This document shows, one piece after another, positions 27,040 to 35,447 of a stretch of 50,622 nucleotides of DNA (positions are counted from its first letter, which is position 1; every line of letters begins with the position of its first letter). The notes below the pieces were generated by a model that saw only the letters and a program-made list of their open reading frames with translations, was not told the origin of the DNA and did no database searches. The position numbers and the translations under genes were made by a program. The DNA comes from an uncultured Veillonellaceae bacterium (GTDB lineage: Bacteria; Bacillota; Negativicutes; UBA1444), in NCBI GenBank assembly GCA_964579955.1, contig CAZOJA010000002.1, forward strand, positions 1 to 50,622, written 5' to 3'.

Positions 27040-28446
27040 CTATTCACCTGATGCAATCCGTAATAGTCTGTCCGCGAGGATTGCAATATCTTCGGACATT
27101 AAGCAGCGAACATCAAAAATCAGAGCATTGTCCCTGACCAAGCATACGATAGGGGGGCGCCCCGCTCTTAGTTGTTTGGATACACGACTTGCTGTTTGCC
27201 CTGCAGTCTCCACTTCAACGCCAAAACCTGCAAACGAAACAGCAGGCAGGGAACCGCCTCCAGCAAGAGAACTTGTTTCTACGACCCTAACCCGTAAGCC
27301 TAAGCTTTCAGCCGGTCGAAGCAGGTCCGCCACCTGTATTGCCTTTTCCATTAGTCGCTGCTGCGAAACGTGCAACATCTGCCATACAGGAACGGTCGCG
27401 TTCGCTGCCCCCGTCGAATACTCTGTCAAAGTACCTTCCAGTGCTGCCAGTGATAATTTATCGATTCGTACCGCGCGCAGCAGCGGTTCTTTTTTCAAAG
27501 CAGAGATAAGCCCTTTTTTCCCGACGATTAATCCTGCCTGCCCGGCGCCTAACAGCTTATCGCCGCTGAAAGTAACAATGTCGAATCCCGCTGCTACACA
27601 CTCCTGCACTGTCGGTTCGTAGGCGCCTCCCACATTTACAGGTTGGAGAGTGCCACTTCCTAAATCATTTATCGCTACAAGACGATGCGCTGTCGCTAAA
27701 CGGCACAATTCTTCCATCGTGGGGGTCCCCGTAAATCCCTCTATCGAAAAATTGCTGGTGTGAACTTTCAATATCGCGGCTGTTGCCGGTGTAATCGCGG
27801 CTTCGTAGTCCTGTATGTGAGTCTTGTTGGTTGCACCGACTTCGACGAGTGTTGCTCCACTTTGTCTAATTACATCTGGTATTCTAAAAGAGCCTCCAAT
27901 TTCCACTAATTCACCACGACTAACGATCACTTCCCTGCCGCGGGCTATTCCTCCCAACACAAGCATTACCGCTGCCGCATTGTTGTTCACCACCAATGCG
28001 GCTTCTCCCCCCGTCAGCATCGTAAGGCGCTTTTCTACGTGACTGTAGCGTTCACCCCGCCCTCCGGATTCGAGGTCATACTCCAAAGTGCTGTATCCTT
28101 CCATTACTGCCTGAACACGAGCTCGCGCTCGCTCACATAGCGGTGCCCGTCCAAGGTTGGTATGCAATACAACGCCGGTGGCATTTATAACTTTTATTAG
28201 ACTTTGTTCTGAAAGCACCGCAGCTTTTTCATGGAACCGTTGAATAATCCAGCCTACCACAAGGTCTTCCGTGACCTCAGCAGCCGGTCCGCAATGCAGT
28301 ATATGCTGCCGAAAGTCAGCCACGGCGCTTCGTAACAGGGCAACTATATTCTCGTGATTCATCGGAACTTTGTCATATTCTTTCGTTACTTTCAGCGCAA
28401 GTTGTTCCACTGATGGAATTCGTCGAAATACTTCGTTTGTATTCAT
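27040..28446 (-). CDS. selA: L-seryl-tRNA(Sec) selenium transferase SelA
   Basis: SelA N-terminal motif RRIPSVEQL and the PLP-lysine region [19 protein letters not shown]. The preferred start is ATG 28446, with AGAGGGA 4 nt upstream. The ORF-track start at 28494 has no RBS. Confidence 0.92.
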   Translation of the reverse strand: MNTNEVFRRIPSVEQLALKVTKEYDKVPMNHENIVALLRSAVADFRQHILHCGPAAEVTEDLVVGWIIQRFHEKAAVLSEQSLIKVINATGVVLHTNLGRAPLCERARARVQAVMEGYSTLEYDLESGGRGERYSHVEKRLTMLTGGEAALVVNNNAAAVMLVLGGIARGREVIVSRGELVEIGGSFRIPDVIRQSGATLVEVGATNKTHIQDYEAAITPATAAILKVHTSNFSIEGFTGTPTMEELCRLATAHRLVAINDLGSGTLQPVNVGGAYEPTVQECVAAGFDIVTFSGDKLLGAGQAGLIVGKKGLISALKKEPLLRAVRIDKLSLAALEGTLTEYSTGAANATVPVWQMLHVSQQRLMEKAIQVADLLRPAESLGLRVRVVETSSLAGGGSLPAVSFAGFGVEVETAGQTASRVSKQLRAGRPPIVCLVRDNALIFDVRCLMSEDIAILADRLLRIASGE

Positions 28447-28552
28447 TACGTCCCTCTTTCTTGTCTTTTTGTTCTTCATCACAGTGTTATTCATAGCTAT
28501 TTATTACTTTTAATAATTAGTCAGCTTGGCATCTTTTCCTCTAATTATTTTC

Positions 28553-28589
28553 AAAAAAAACGCGCGGCCCCTTTCTAGCGAGCCGCACG
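28553..28589 (-). terminator. Rho-independent terminator after the bactofilin gene
   Basis: The minus strand reads CGTGCGGCT-cgctagaaagg-GGCCGCGCG followed by TTTTTTTT. Confidence 0.75.
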
Positions 28590-28616
28590 TCTGTATTAAA
28601 CGGTATTATCAATTTG

Positions 28617-28976
28617 CTAGTCAGGAGTTTGACGCATTTCACAGTTTCCTTTGAATACAGCACCCTCACCAATGATCAGCGTCCCAACCTTTAGGTCGCC
28701 GACGACTTTTGCCGAAGGCATTAGTTCCAGTTTGTCACGCACATCCATGTTTCCCGTTACTGCTCCAGCGATCATGGCATTTTTTGCACTAATGGTCGCT
28801 TTTACTTTGCCGGCTTCACCGATAATCAAATCGGCCGTTGTAGAAATCTCCCCTTCAAATTCGCCATCAATACGTAACGCTCCGTTTGAAGTCAAACTCC
28901 CTTTTAAGGATGTTGTATGGCCGATGAGCGTTTCAACCTGCTCAGAAAACTCTTCGTTTTTTTTTCGCCCGAACAT
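28617..28976 (-). CDS. Bactofilin (DUF583 polymer-forming cytoskeletal protein)
   Basis: 119 aa with a short basic N-terminus (MFGRKKNEE), then beta-helix repeats (GSLTSNGALRIDGEFEGEI, IGEAGKVKATISAKNAMIAGAVTGNM, VVGDLKVGTLIIGEGAVFKGN). Confidence 0.88.
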   Translation of the reverse strand: MFGRKKNEEFSEQVETLIGHTTSLKGSLTSNGALRIDGEFEGEISTTADLIIGEAGKVKATISAKNAMIAGAVTGNMDVRDKLELMPSAKVVGDLKVGTLIIGEGAVFKGNCEMRQTPD

Positions 28977-29021
28977 AATTCATCTCCAATCCTCACTTGA
29001 ATTTAGCTAATATATTATAGT

Positions 29022-29933
29022 TCACATAAAACCGGCAGGATTGACTGCCGTACCATTGACTTTGACCTCATAATGAACGTGTGGTCCTGTACTGAAGCCC
29101 GAACTCCCCATATACGCAACCAATTGTCCTTTTTTCACTTTCTGACCGACGGAGACTACGTTTTCAGAATTATGAGCGTAGGAAGTTGTAATTCCATATC
29201 CATGGTCAATGACAACCTGGCGCCCATAGCCCCCGTTCCAGCCGCTTGCAACAATGACGCCATCTGCTGTTGCAACGATCGGGGTTCCCGTATCGGCAGC
29301 AACGTCAATCCCCGGATGCCAGTCCGAACCGCCCCACCGCCAGCCGAATCTTGAAGTGATAACGCCTTCACTTGGCCAGATTGATGGCGTTGCGGCAATT
29401 CTTGCATTCCTATCCACCAGACTCTGACGCAATTTGGCCAGGCTTTCTCCCCGAACTTTAGCACTGACTTGCAAATCTTTGACCAGATTCTGCAACTCTT
29501 CTGCGCTTGGCCGCACACTGGGTCCACCCTCGCCTGAGTGTGTCGCTCCAGGACGAACCACGCCCGACCTTGAAGTTCCTGCAGTTTCTTCTTTATTTAG
29601 CAGACGGCGAACTTCCGCATCAAGTTGGTTTAGTTTGGACATCTCTTCTTGAAGAATTGCTGTGTTTTTCGCAAGTTGATTCAACTGTCCTGCCTGGGCC
29701 AGATTAACCGTGCGCAATTTCTGAAGTTCATCCAGTTCTGCTTTTGCTTGATTAATTGTATATTGATAATGAAATAACCCGACCATGCTCACGATTACCA
29801 GCGCACCAGCCGTCGCGGCGCAGAACTTCACAAATCGAATCGGCATTTGGAATCGGTAGACTTTTTTCCCGCGATGAGGCACTATCATCAATGTGTAGTT
29901 TCTCTTATCTTCATTGGCAACTTTCTTTCTCAA
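29022..29933 (-). CDS. M23/LytM-family peptidoglycan metalloendopeptidase with N-terminal TM helix and coiled coil
   Basis: HPGIDVAADTGTPI and GPHVHYEV metal-binding motifs are intact. The preferred start is TTG 29933, with AAAGGAGG 6 nt upstream, giving MRKKVANEDKRNYTLMIVPH. The ORF-track start at 30161 overlaps the DUF4446 gene. Confidence 0.88.
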   Translation of the reverse strand: MRKKVANEDKRNYTLMIVPHRGKKVYRFQMPIRFVKFCAATAGALVIVSMVGLFHYQYTINQAKAELDELQKLRTVNLAQAGQLNQLAKNTAILQEEMSKLNQLDAEVRRLLNKEETAGTSRSGVVRPGATHSGEGGPSVRPSAEELQNLVKDLQVSAKVRGESLAKLRQSLVDRNARIAATPSIWPSEGVITSRFGWRWGGSDWHPGIDVAADTGTPIVATADGVIVASGWNGGYGRQVVIDHGYGITTSYAHNSENVVSVGQKVKKGQLVAYMGSSGFSTGPHVHYEVKVNGTAVNPAGFM

Positions 29934-30033
29934 ACCCAAGCCTCCTTTGGCACATTCGGTTATCAACCCATACCAAGCACTCACAGATATTCGCCGCGTT
30001 AGGCAAATTTCCTGCCAACGAGCGTGCCTGAAA

Positions 30034-30540
30034 TCATTTTTTTGTTGCAGCATCCAATGCCTGTCGTTCTTCCTTGGTAAGCATATACTTTGATTCGCCT
30101 GAAGTAATTGGTTTTGCATAAACCCGCGACTCTTCCCTACCATAAATGCCGGACAACACAACGCCGTTACGCTCTGCGTCTGTCATCGCCAAAGAAAAGC
30201 TTAGGTCTCCGCCGGTGTTTTCAAAAGCATTGAATCGGATCAATCCAAATCGCTGTAGATGTCGCAAGCTATCTTTGCTCATCTCTTGCTGGCGTTCTTG
30301 CAATGCACTGACACTCATTTTCAACGCTTCAATATCTTGAATCCGTCCTATCATCATTTGCTCGATGGACTGCCCATTGGCACCCTGCATCATTTTTTGA
30401 TAGGAGTTATTTAGGCGATGAAGTTTGATTGTCAAATACAGTGAAGACAACCCGAAAAACGTGGCTACAACCACCAGTGCAAAAGTCAGATGGGTTAGTT
30501 CGATTCCCGATAATGGTTTGATAATCGCGGACGCTTCCAT
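30034..30540 (-). CDS. DUF4446 family protein (TM helix, coiled coil and C-terminal domain)
   Basis: The preferred start is ATG 30540 (MEASAIIKP), with GAGAGGGGA 4 nt upstream. The motif FGLIRFNAFENTGGDLSFSLAMTD...GVVLSGIYGRE is typical of the family. Confidence 0.75.
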   Translation of the reverse strand: MEASAIIKPLSGIELTHLTFALVVVATFFGLSSLYLTIKLHRLNNSYQKMMQGANGQSIEQMMIGRIQDIEALKMSVSALQERQQEMSKDSLRHLQRFGLIRFNAFENTGGDLSFSLAMTDAERNGVVLSGIYGREESRVYAKPITSGESKYMLTKEERQALDAATKK

Positions 30541-30659
30541 TGTATCCCCTCTCGTCAATGTGAATGGCACGATACAGCCTGTTAATTTTACACCATATTC
30601 AGTTTACAGTTATCTCCAAAAGCTCCTTTTATCTTGTTAAATCGGTAGTATTCGCAAAT

Positions 30660-32009
30660 TTATTGTGTGCGCTGATCATCAAATTGACCTTCAGAGCACC
30701 CGGCAAAGAACAAGGTTTCGGCTTGCGCTTCATTTAGCAATTTCATCCGGACAACAACCGTCTTAACCGGCTTTGCAGTTAACGCCGAAATTCTAGCAAC
30801 CTGCACTGCGCGGTCATAACCGATTATTGGAATCAACTTTTCTGCTTGTAGCGGAGAGTTTTCCTGCAGTGCAGCTCCCATTTCCGGATTTCCTCGCAAC
30901 TCCATCAGGCATTGTTTTGTCAACATCTTTACAGCAACGGAACTATATCGCAGCGAGTCGATCAAGGCATTGGAAATCAGGTTGAAACTAAGCACGCCGC
31001 CAGAATCATGAATATTTAACGCAGCGGCGATCATTGCGTCATTTCCCACAACGACCACCGACATTTGACTGACCGTATCCAGTGCGATCATTTCCCTGCC
31101 GACAGGATTAAACACCTGACTGGGCAACTGGTTCGGCAAGTCAAGTTCCTTCCGCAATACAACAAGCCGCTTTAGCTCATTGCAAAACTGCAGCAGGAAT
31201 GTTGCCAGGTTTTTTAGCAATCCTGATAGTCCACTGTACAAAACGTCGTTGACAGGAAAATCTTTTTTTGAAGCATCATATTCAATTTCGATATCCAACA
31301 ACTCCTTTAAGCACGCCAGCACTTCCGGAGTTTCATTCCACAAGCGGCAGAGCTCCTTGCGATACCCAAACAGTTGTTGTTTGATAAAACTCAAACCGTC
31401 TGCACGACAGGAAAACACCTCTCCCAAACTATGTATTTTTATATCTTGATAATTAATTTGAGCAATCGAATTTTGTTCTTGCATAGCCAAGGCGTGGTTT
31501 CGCAGCCAATGAATCGCCTCGCCAAATTGTCCCGAAATTTCATCTAACATCTGTACGATCGTCACATGCAGCGCCATCAAACAAACGTTGTGATTGGAAA
31601 ACCCGGTATCCAATTGAAATAAACCTGCCAACCGGTGATATTCACCCCGCGGACGACCTTGCATTTCAAGCGCAACATTAGCCAGCACTTCGTCTACATT
31701 GACAACAAGGCTTCTTGCGCCTCCACCATGTGACACTCGCACTTTTATCTGTTCAGCAAAAAACTGTTCATTCGTCAACAATTGATTCGCCGCTGCCTGA
31801 ATCGATTCTGCAACCGTTGCATTCCACGCGCCATTTCGGCCAAATACCAGCGCCTGCGCCTGCCGAACCATTACGATATTGCGCAACAACAAGCTTGACA
31901 CTTCTGGACCAAACGAGCCCGCAACCGCCAATAGCCTCGCCGTCGAAATTCCATAATACTCTTCGGTCGATAATTGGAGAGTTCCAAGCGAATCCTGCTC
32001 TAGTCGCAT
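30660..32009 (-). CDS. Aspartase/fumarase (lyase class I) superfamily homologue with degenerate catalytic motifs (probable pseudoenzyme)
   Basis: 449 aa with a fumarase/aspartase-like N-terminus (MRLEQDSLGTLQLSTEEYYGISTAR) and GGGARSLVVNVDEVLANVALE. The three catalytic signatures are altered or shortened (see findings). Confidence 0.7.
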   Translation of the reverse strand: MRLEQDSLGTLQLSTEEYYGISTARLLAVAGSFGPEVSSLLLRNIVMVRQAQALVFGRNGAWNATVAESIQAAANQLLTNEQFFAEQIKVRVSHGGGARSLVVNVDEVLANVALEMQGRPRGEYHRLAGLFQLDTGFSNHNVCLMALHVTIVQMLDEISGQFGEAIHWLRNHALAMQEQNSIAQINYQDIKIHSLGEVFSCRADGLSFIKQQLFGYRKELCRLWNETPEVLACLKELLDIEIEYDASKKDFPVNDVLYSGLSGLLKNLATFLLQFCNELKRLVVLRKELDLPNQLPSQVFNPVGREMIALDTVSQMSVVVVGNDAMIAAALNIHDSGGVLSFNLISNALIDSLRYSSVAVKMLTKQCLMELRGNPEMGAALQENSPLQAEKLIPIIGYDRAVQVARISALTAKPVKTVVVRMKLLNEAQAETLFFAGCSEGQFDDQRTQ

Positions 32010-32025
32010 TTTCCCCTCACACTCA

Positions 32026-32937
32026 TCAGACAGTCAACTTGCCGGACCGACGTTTTTGCTGTCGTTTTGACACCTCTTCCACGCCCGATAAGCATTCATA
32101 AACACGTTGCAATTCTTCAGCAGAATAACATTCAATCACAATGGTACCACCGCCATTTTCTCTTGCCACAATCTGAACTTTCGTACCAAGCAGAAGACCC
32201 AGTTTAGATTCGGCCTCATCGCAGGCTGCATCGACAGTCCTGCCCTTTCTTTTTTGTTCTGCGTCAATTTGTTTTTTATTTTGCATTTTTTTCGCAAGTT
32301 CTTCTGCGCCACGGGCTGTCAGAGCACGCGACACAATCTCCTTCGCGGCTTCAACTTGCAGCGTCGCAGTCGGCAGCACCAGCAACGGTCGCGCCTGTCC
32401 CGGACTCATTGTTCCACGTGAAACATATTCTTGCACCGTCGGTGGCAAGTTTAGCAGTCGAACGGTATTTGCAATAAAAGGTCGACTCTTACCGACCTTT
32501 TCTGACAACTCCTCCTGCGTAAACCCAAACTCATCAATTAATCTTCGATAAGCTATTGCTTCTTCAATCGGATTTAAATTCTCTCGTTGCAAGTTTTCTA
32601 CTAAAGCAACTGCATTCATTTCAACATCGGAATAATCACGAAGAACAGCGGGTATTTCTCTCAATCCGACAAGCTGTGACGCTCGCAAACGCCGCTCTCC
32701 GGTAACCAGTTGGTATCCGGTACCACTCGTTCGAACTACAACTGGCTGTAATACGCCATACAAACGGATAGAGGAGGCCAAATCCTCAAGACGCTCTGGG
32801 TCAAACTCACGCCGTGGTTGAAATGGATTGGGAGAAATGTCTTTAACCGGAAGCAGCATTAGACTTTCTCCGCGTTCAAAATCGCGATCCCCTGACAGAA
32901 GCGCGTCGAGCCCTCGTCCCAATCCGCGCTTATTCAT
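32026..32937 (-). CDS. parB: Chromosome partitioning protein ParB/Spo0J
   Basis: 303 aa with GLGRGLDALL, NPFQPRREF, LQPVVVR and GERRLRAS motifs. It contains a perfect parS. Confidence 0.95.
   Translation of the reverse strand: MNKRGLGRGLDALLSGDRDFERGESLMLLPVKDISPNPFQPRREFDPERLEDLASSIRLYGVLQPVVVRTSGTGYQLVTGERRLRASQLVGLREIPAVLRDYSDVEMNAVALVENLQRENLNPIEEAIAYRRLIDEFGFTQEELSEKVGKSRPFIANTVRLLNLPPTVQEYVSRGTMSPGQARPLLVLPTATLQVEAAKEIVSRALTARGAEELAKKMQNKKQIDAEQKRKGRTVDAACDEAESKLGLLLGTKVQIVARENGGGTIVIECYSAEELQRVYECLSGVEEVSKRQQKRRSGKLTV
32410..32425. promoter_or_regulatory. parS: parS centromere site (perfect match to TGTTNCACGTGAAACA)
   Basis: TGTTCCACGTGAAACA lies inside the parB coding region. Bacillus subtilis also has a parS inside spo0J. 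Confidence 0.85.
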
Positions 32938-33691
32938 CGCCCATCACCTCTTTTGCCAAATCCAAGTATACTTCGGCGCCCCTTGATTTAGGATCATATT
33001 GCATGATCGGTTTGCCATGACTCGGCGCTTCACTCAAACGAATGTTACGCGGAATAATAGTTCGATATACTTTATTGCGAAAATGATTTTTCACTTCATC
33101 AACAACTTGAATCGACAAATTGGTGCGCGCATCAAACATGGTTAATACAACACCTTCGAGCTGCAATGCCGGATTTAGGTTCTTTTGTACCAATCCTACG
33201 GTACGCATCAATTGCGATAATCCCTCTAGTGCGTAAAACTCACATTGAATCGGCACCAGCACAGAGGTTGCAGCGGTTAAAGCATTGATTGTCAACAACC
33301 CCAAAGAAGGAGGACAATCCATAATTACATAATCATAACGATACTTAATCTTTTCAAGTGATCGCTTTAACATATTCTCTCTGGCCAATACCGAAACCAA
33401 TTCGACTTCGGCGCCAGCCAATTGAATGGTTGCCGGCAGAAGGTGTAATCTTTCAACTTTACTAGGACGAATCACTTCCTCCATCGCAATATCATTAACC
33501 AAACAATCATATATGCATCGCTTGACCGCAGACTTGTCAACACCCAATCCACTCGTTGAATTCCCCTGAGGATCCACATCGATCAACAACACATTCGCAC
33601 CTAATTGTGCAAGTCCCGAGCTCAAATTGACGGCTGTCGTCGTTTTTCCGACACCGCCTTTCTGATTTGCGATTGCGATTACCTTAACCAA
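32930..33691 (-). CDS. parA: Chromosome partitioning ATPase ParA/Soj
   Basis: Deviant Walker A IANQKGGVGKTTTAVN. The preferred start is TTG 33691 (MVKVIAIANQKGG, 253 aa like Bacillus Soj), with a GGGTGGGGTGG purine tract upstream. The ORF-track start at 33727 coincides with a TATAAT box. Confidence 0.93.
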   Translation of the reverse strand: MVKVIAIANQKGGVGKTTTAVNLSSGLAQLGANVLLIDVDPQGNSTSGLGVDKSAVKRCIYDCLVNDIAMEEVIRPSKVERLHLLPATIQLAGAEVELVSVLARENMLKRSLEKIKYRYDYVIMDCPPSLGLLTINALTAATSVLVPIQCEFYALEGLSQLMRTVGLVQKNLNPALQLEGVVLTMFDARTNLSIQVVDEVKNHFRNKVYRTIIPRNIRLSEAPSHGKPIMQYDPKSRGAEVYLDLAKEVMGDE

Positions 33692-33726
33692 AACGCCACC
33701 CCACCCATAAATCATTTTGCTAGACA

Positions 33727-33732
33727 ATTATA
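33727..33732 (-). promoter_or_regulatory. Possible -10 box (TATAAT) of a parA promoter
   Basis: The minus strand has TATAAT about 36 nt upstream of the TTG start. The -35 region is weak (TGGATT) and lies immediately downstream of the parS-like site. Confidence 0.4.
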
Positions 33733-33761
33733 ATATTAAGTTAATGAAAAATCCATCTAAA

Positions 33762-33777
33762 TGTTTCACATGAAACA
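33762..33777. promoter_or_regulatory. parS: parS-like site, one mismatch from consensus
   Basis: TGTTTCACATGAAACA versus TGTTNCACGTGAAACA. It sits in the noc-parA intergenic region. Confidence 0.7.
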
Positions 33778-33778
33778 C

Positions 33779-33809
33779 TTAGCCGCCCTTCCTGAGGAAC
33801 GGCGGCTAA
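33779..33809 (-). terminator. Stem-loop downstream of noc (possible weak terminator)
   Basis: TTAGCCGCC-13 nt-GGCGGCTAA forms a perfect 9-bp stem. There is no clean U-tract, and it abuts the parS-like site. Confidence 0.4.
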
Positions 33810-33824
33810 ACCTAACGTTCAAGA

Positions 33825-34709
33825 CTACCTGCGTTTCGGAACTCTCATTGTTATAGTAATAGTATCTTCGTTCTGCTCTTGATTCATTTCTACAGCCAGC
33901 CCAGTTTTTTTCATCTGCTTGACAAGTTCACCCATTGTATTGATGAAAATTCTTACATCTTTTACGATTCGAACCATCGGGCGTCGTTTCGTTGCCTGAT
34001 CTGCCGCTTTATCACAATCTATCGTCTTTATGAGGTTCTCTGTATCCTTGACCGTAAGTCGCTTTTCAACAACGAGTTGGCAAATCTTCAGCTGGTCGGC
34101 CTCGTTTTCGATGCTTAGCAACGCCCTCGCATGGCGCTCGGACAATCCTGATTGATAGGTAACTTCTCGAACTTTCGGTGATAATTTTAACAATCGCAAC
34201 TTATTAGCAATGGTAGATTGCGTTTTTCCTACCCGGGCGGACAAAGCTTCCTGAGTGAAAGAAAAATATGAAAGCAATCTTTCATATCCGGCCGCCTCCT
34301 CAAAAAAATGCAGATCTTCGCGCTGCAAATTCTCGATCATAGCAATCTCAGCAGTTTCCTTGTCCTCTGAGTTGCGCAACAGGCAAGGAACAAATTTCAA
34401 TCCTGCCAATACAGCGGCGCGCAAACGTCGTTCACCGGCAATGAGTTCATACCCCTCTTCGACGCGTCTGACTATCAATGGTTGTATAATGCCGAATTCT
34501 CTAATGGATGAAGCCAGTTCAGTCAATCTTTCTTCAGAAAAAGTCTTACGGGGCTGAAAAGGATTGCAAATGATAGCTGAGACATCAACATCAACCACTT
34601 CAGTCCGATCTTCAGAAAAAACTGGCTGTGGCGAAAAGTCAGGCGAAGGCTCATTCTCAGCCTGAGCCTTTTTGCCAAATAAAAATTTGCTTAACACAAA
34701 CAACACCAC
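33825..34709 (-). CDS. noc: Nucleoid occlusion protein Noc (ParB paralogue)
   Basis: 294 aa with ParB-like motifs NPFQPRKTF, IQPLIVR and GERRLRAA. The N-terminal amphipathic segment LSKFLFGKK resembles the Bacillus Noc membrane-targeting helix. Its position between rsmG and parA is conserved. Confidence 0.88.
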   Translation of the reverse strand: MVLFVLSKFLFGKKAQAENEPSPDFSPQPVFSEDRTEVVDVDVSAIICNPFQPRKTFSEERLTELASSIREFGIIQPLIVRRVEEGYELIAGERRLRAAVLAGLKFVPCLLRNSEDKETAEIAMIENLQREDLHFFEEAAGYERLLSYFSFTQEALSARVGKTQSTIANKLRLLKLSPKVREVTYQSGLSERHARALLSIENEADQLKICQLVVEKRLTVKDTENLIKTIDCDKAADQATKRRPMVRIVKDVRIFINTMGELVKQMKKTGLAVEMNQEQNEDTITITMRVPKRR

Positions 34710-34715
34710 CTAATC

Positions 34716-35447
34716 CTATAAAGGTTGCCGCTCAGGAATTCCTGCCTTACGCGGATATGTCCGAGACGTAAAGGTCTTCTTCAAAACATGAACCAAGCAT
34801 CGATGGTCATCGAGGATCGGTAAGATTACAGGTATGACCGAAATAAGTTGACCGCCAACCAACTGGATCGCTGTTTCGGCATTACTGACCTCTGCTTCTG
34901 CCTTGGGGCCCTTCAAAGCGATAAAGGTTCCTCCGACTTTTATCAGAGGTAAACAAAGCTCGGCAAGCACATTTAATGGTGCAACTGCTCTAGCAACGGC
35001 CACTTCATGCCTCTCTCGATAGTCAACGACATGACCGAGGTCTTCAGCACGACCCCACACGACTTTAACATTCTTCAAATTAAGGTGTTCGACAAGTTCA
35101 TTCAGATAAACGGTTCGCTTTCGTAATGAATCAAGCAAAGTCATGTTTAAATCAGGCCGTACAATAGCAAGCGGAATGCCTGGAAAGCCAGCACCAGCCC
35201 CAATATCGATTACCTTAGAATTTCGCCCCAATTGAAAATACGAAAGGACTGTCAATGAATCAGCAAAATGCTTTACTGCCACTTCTAAAGGGTCGACAAT
35301 GCGGGTCAGGTTCATTTTCTCATTATAGTTTAAAAGAAACTCATCAAACAAGATTAATTGTTCGACCTGCCGCTCGTCCACTTCAAGATTTAACAAGCTG
35401 ATAACTTGTCCAATATAAGACATCATCAACTCACGTCGACTGTTCAT
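34716..35447 (-). CDS. rsmG: 16S rRNA (guanine527-N7)-methyltransferase RsmG/GidB
   Basis: SAM-binding motif VIDIGAGAGFPGIPLAI. The preferred start is ATG 35447, with GGAGGA upstream. The ORF-track start is 35474. Confidence 0.92.
   Translation of the reverse strand: MNSRRELMMSYIGQVISLLNLEVDERQVEQLILFDEFLLNYNEKMNLTRIVDPLEVAVKHFADSLTVLSYFQLGRNSKVIDIGAGAGFPGIPLAIVRPDLNMTLLDSLRKRTVYLNELVEHLNLKNVKVVWGRAEDLGHVVDYRERHEVAVARAVAPLNVLAELCLPLIKVGGTFIALKGPKAEAEVSNAETAIQLVGGQLISVIPVILPILDDHRCLVHVLKKTFTSRTYPRKAGIPERQPL

Noticed and set aside
28495-28616. Search for tRNA-Sec (selC) next to selA/selB (28495-28616 and 25038-25144).
   Set aside because: Neither spacer shows a tRNA-like cloverleaf or a UCA anticodon loop. 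One spacer is occupied by a terminator, the other by a promoter and riboswitch leader.
29934-30161. N-terminal extensions in the ORF track for several genes: M23 peptidase (to 30161), jag (to 39473), rnpA (to 40726), rpmH (to 40951), DUF3343 (to 13665), rpsF (to 11929), DUF4446 (to 30570), selA (to 28494), parA (to 33727) and dnaB (to 5615).
   Set aside because: The extensions overlap upstream genes or promoters, lack RBSs, and are not homologous to the family N-termini. Internal starts with good Shine-Dalgarno spacing reproduce the expected N-termini.
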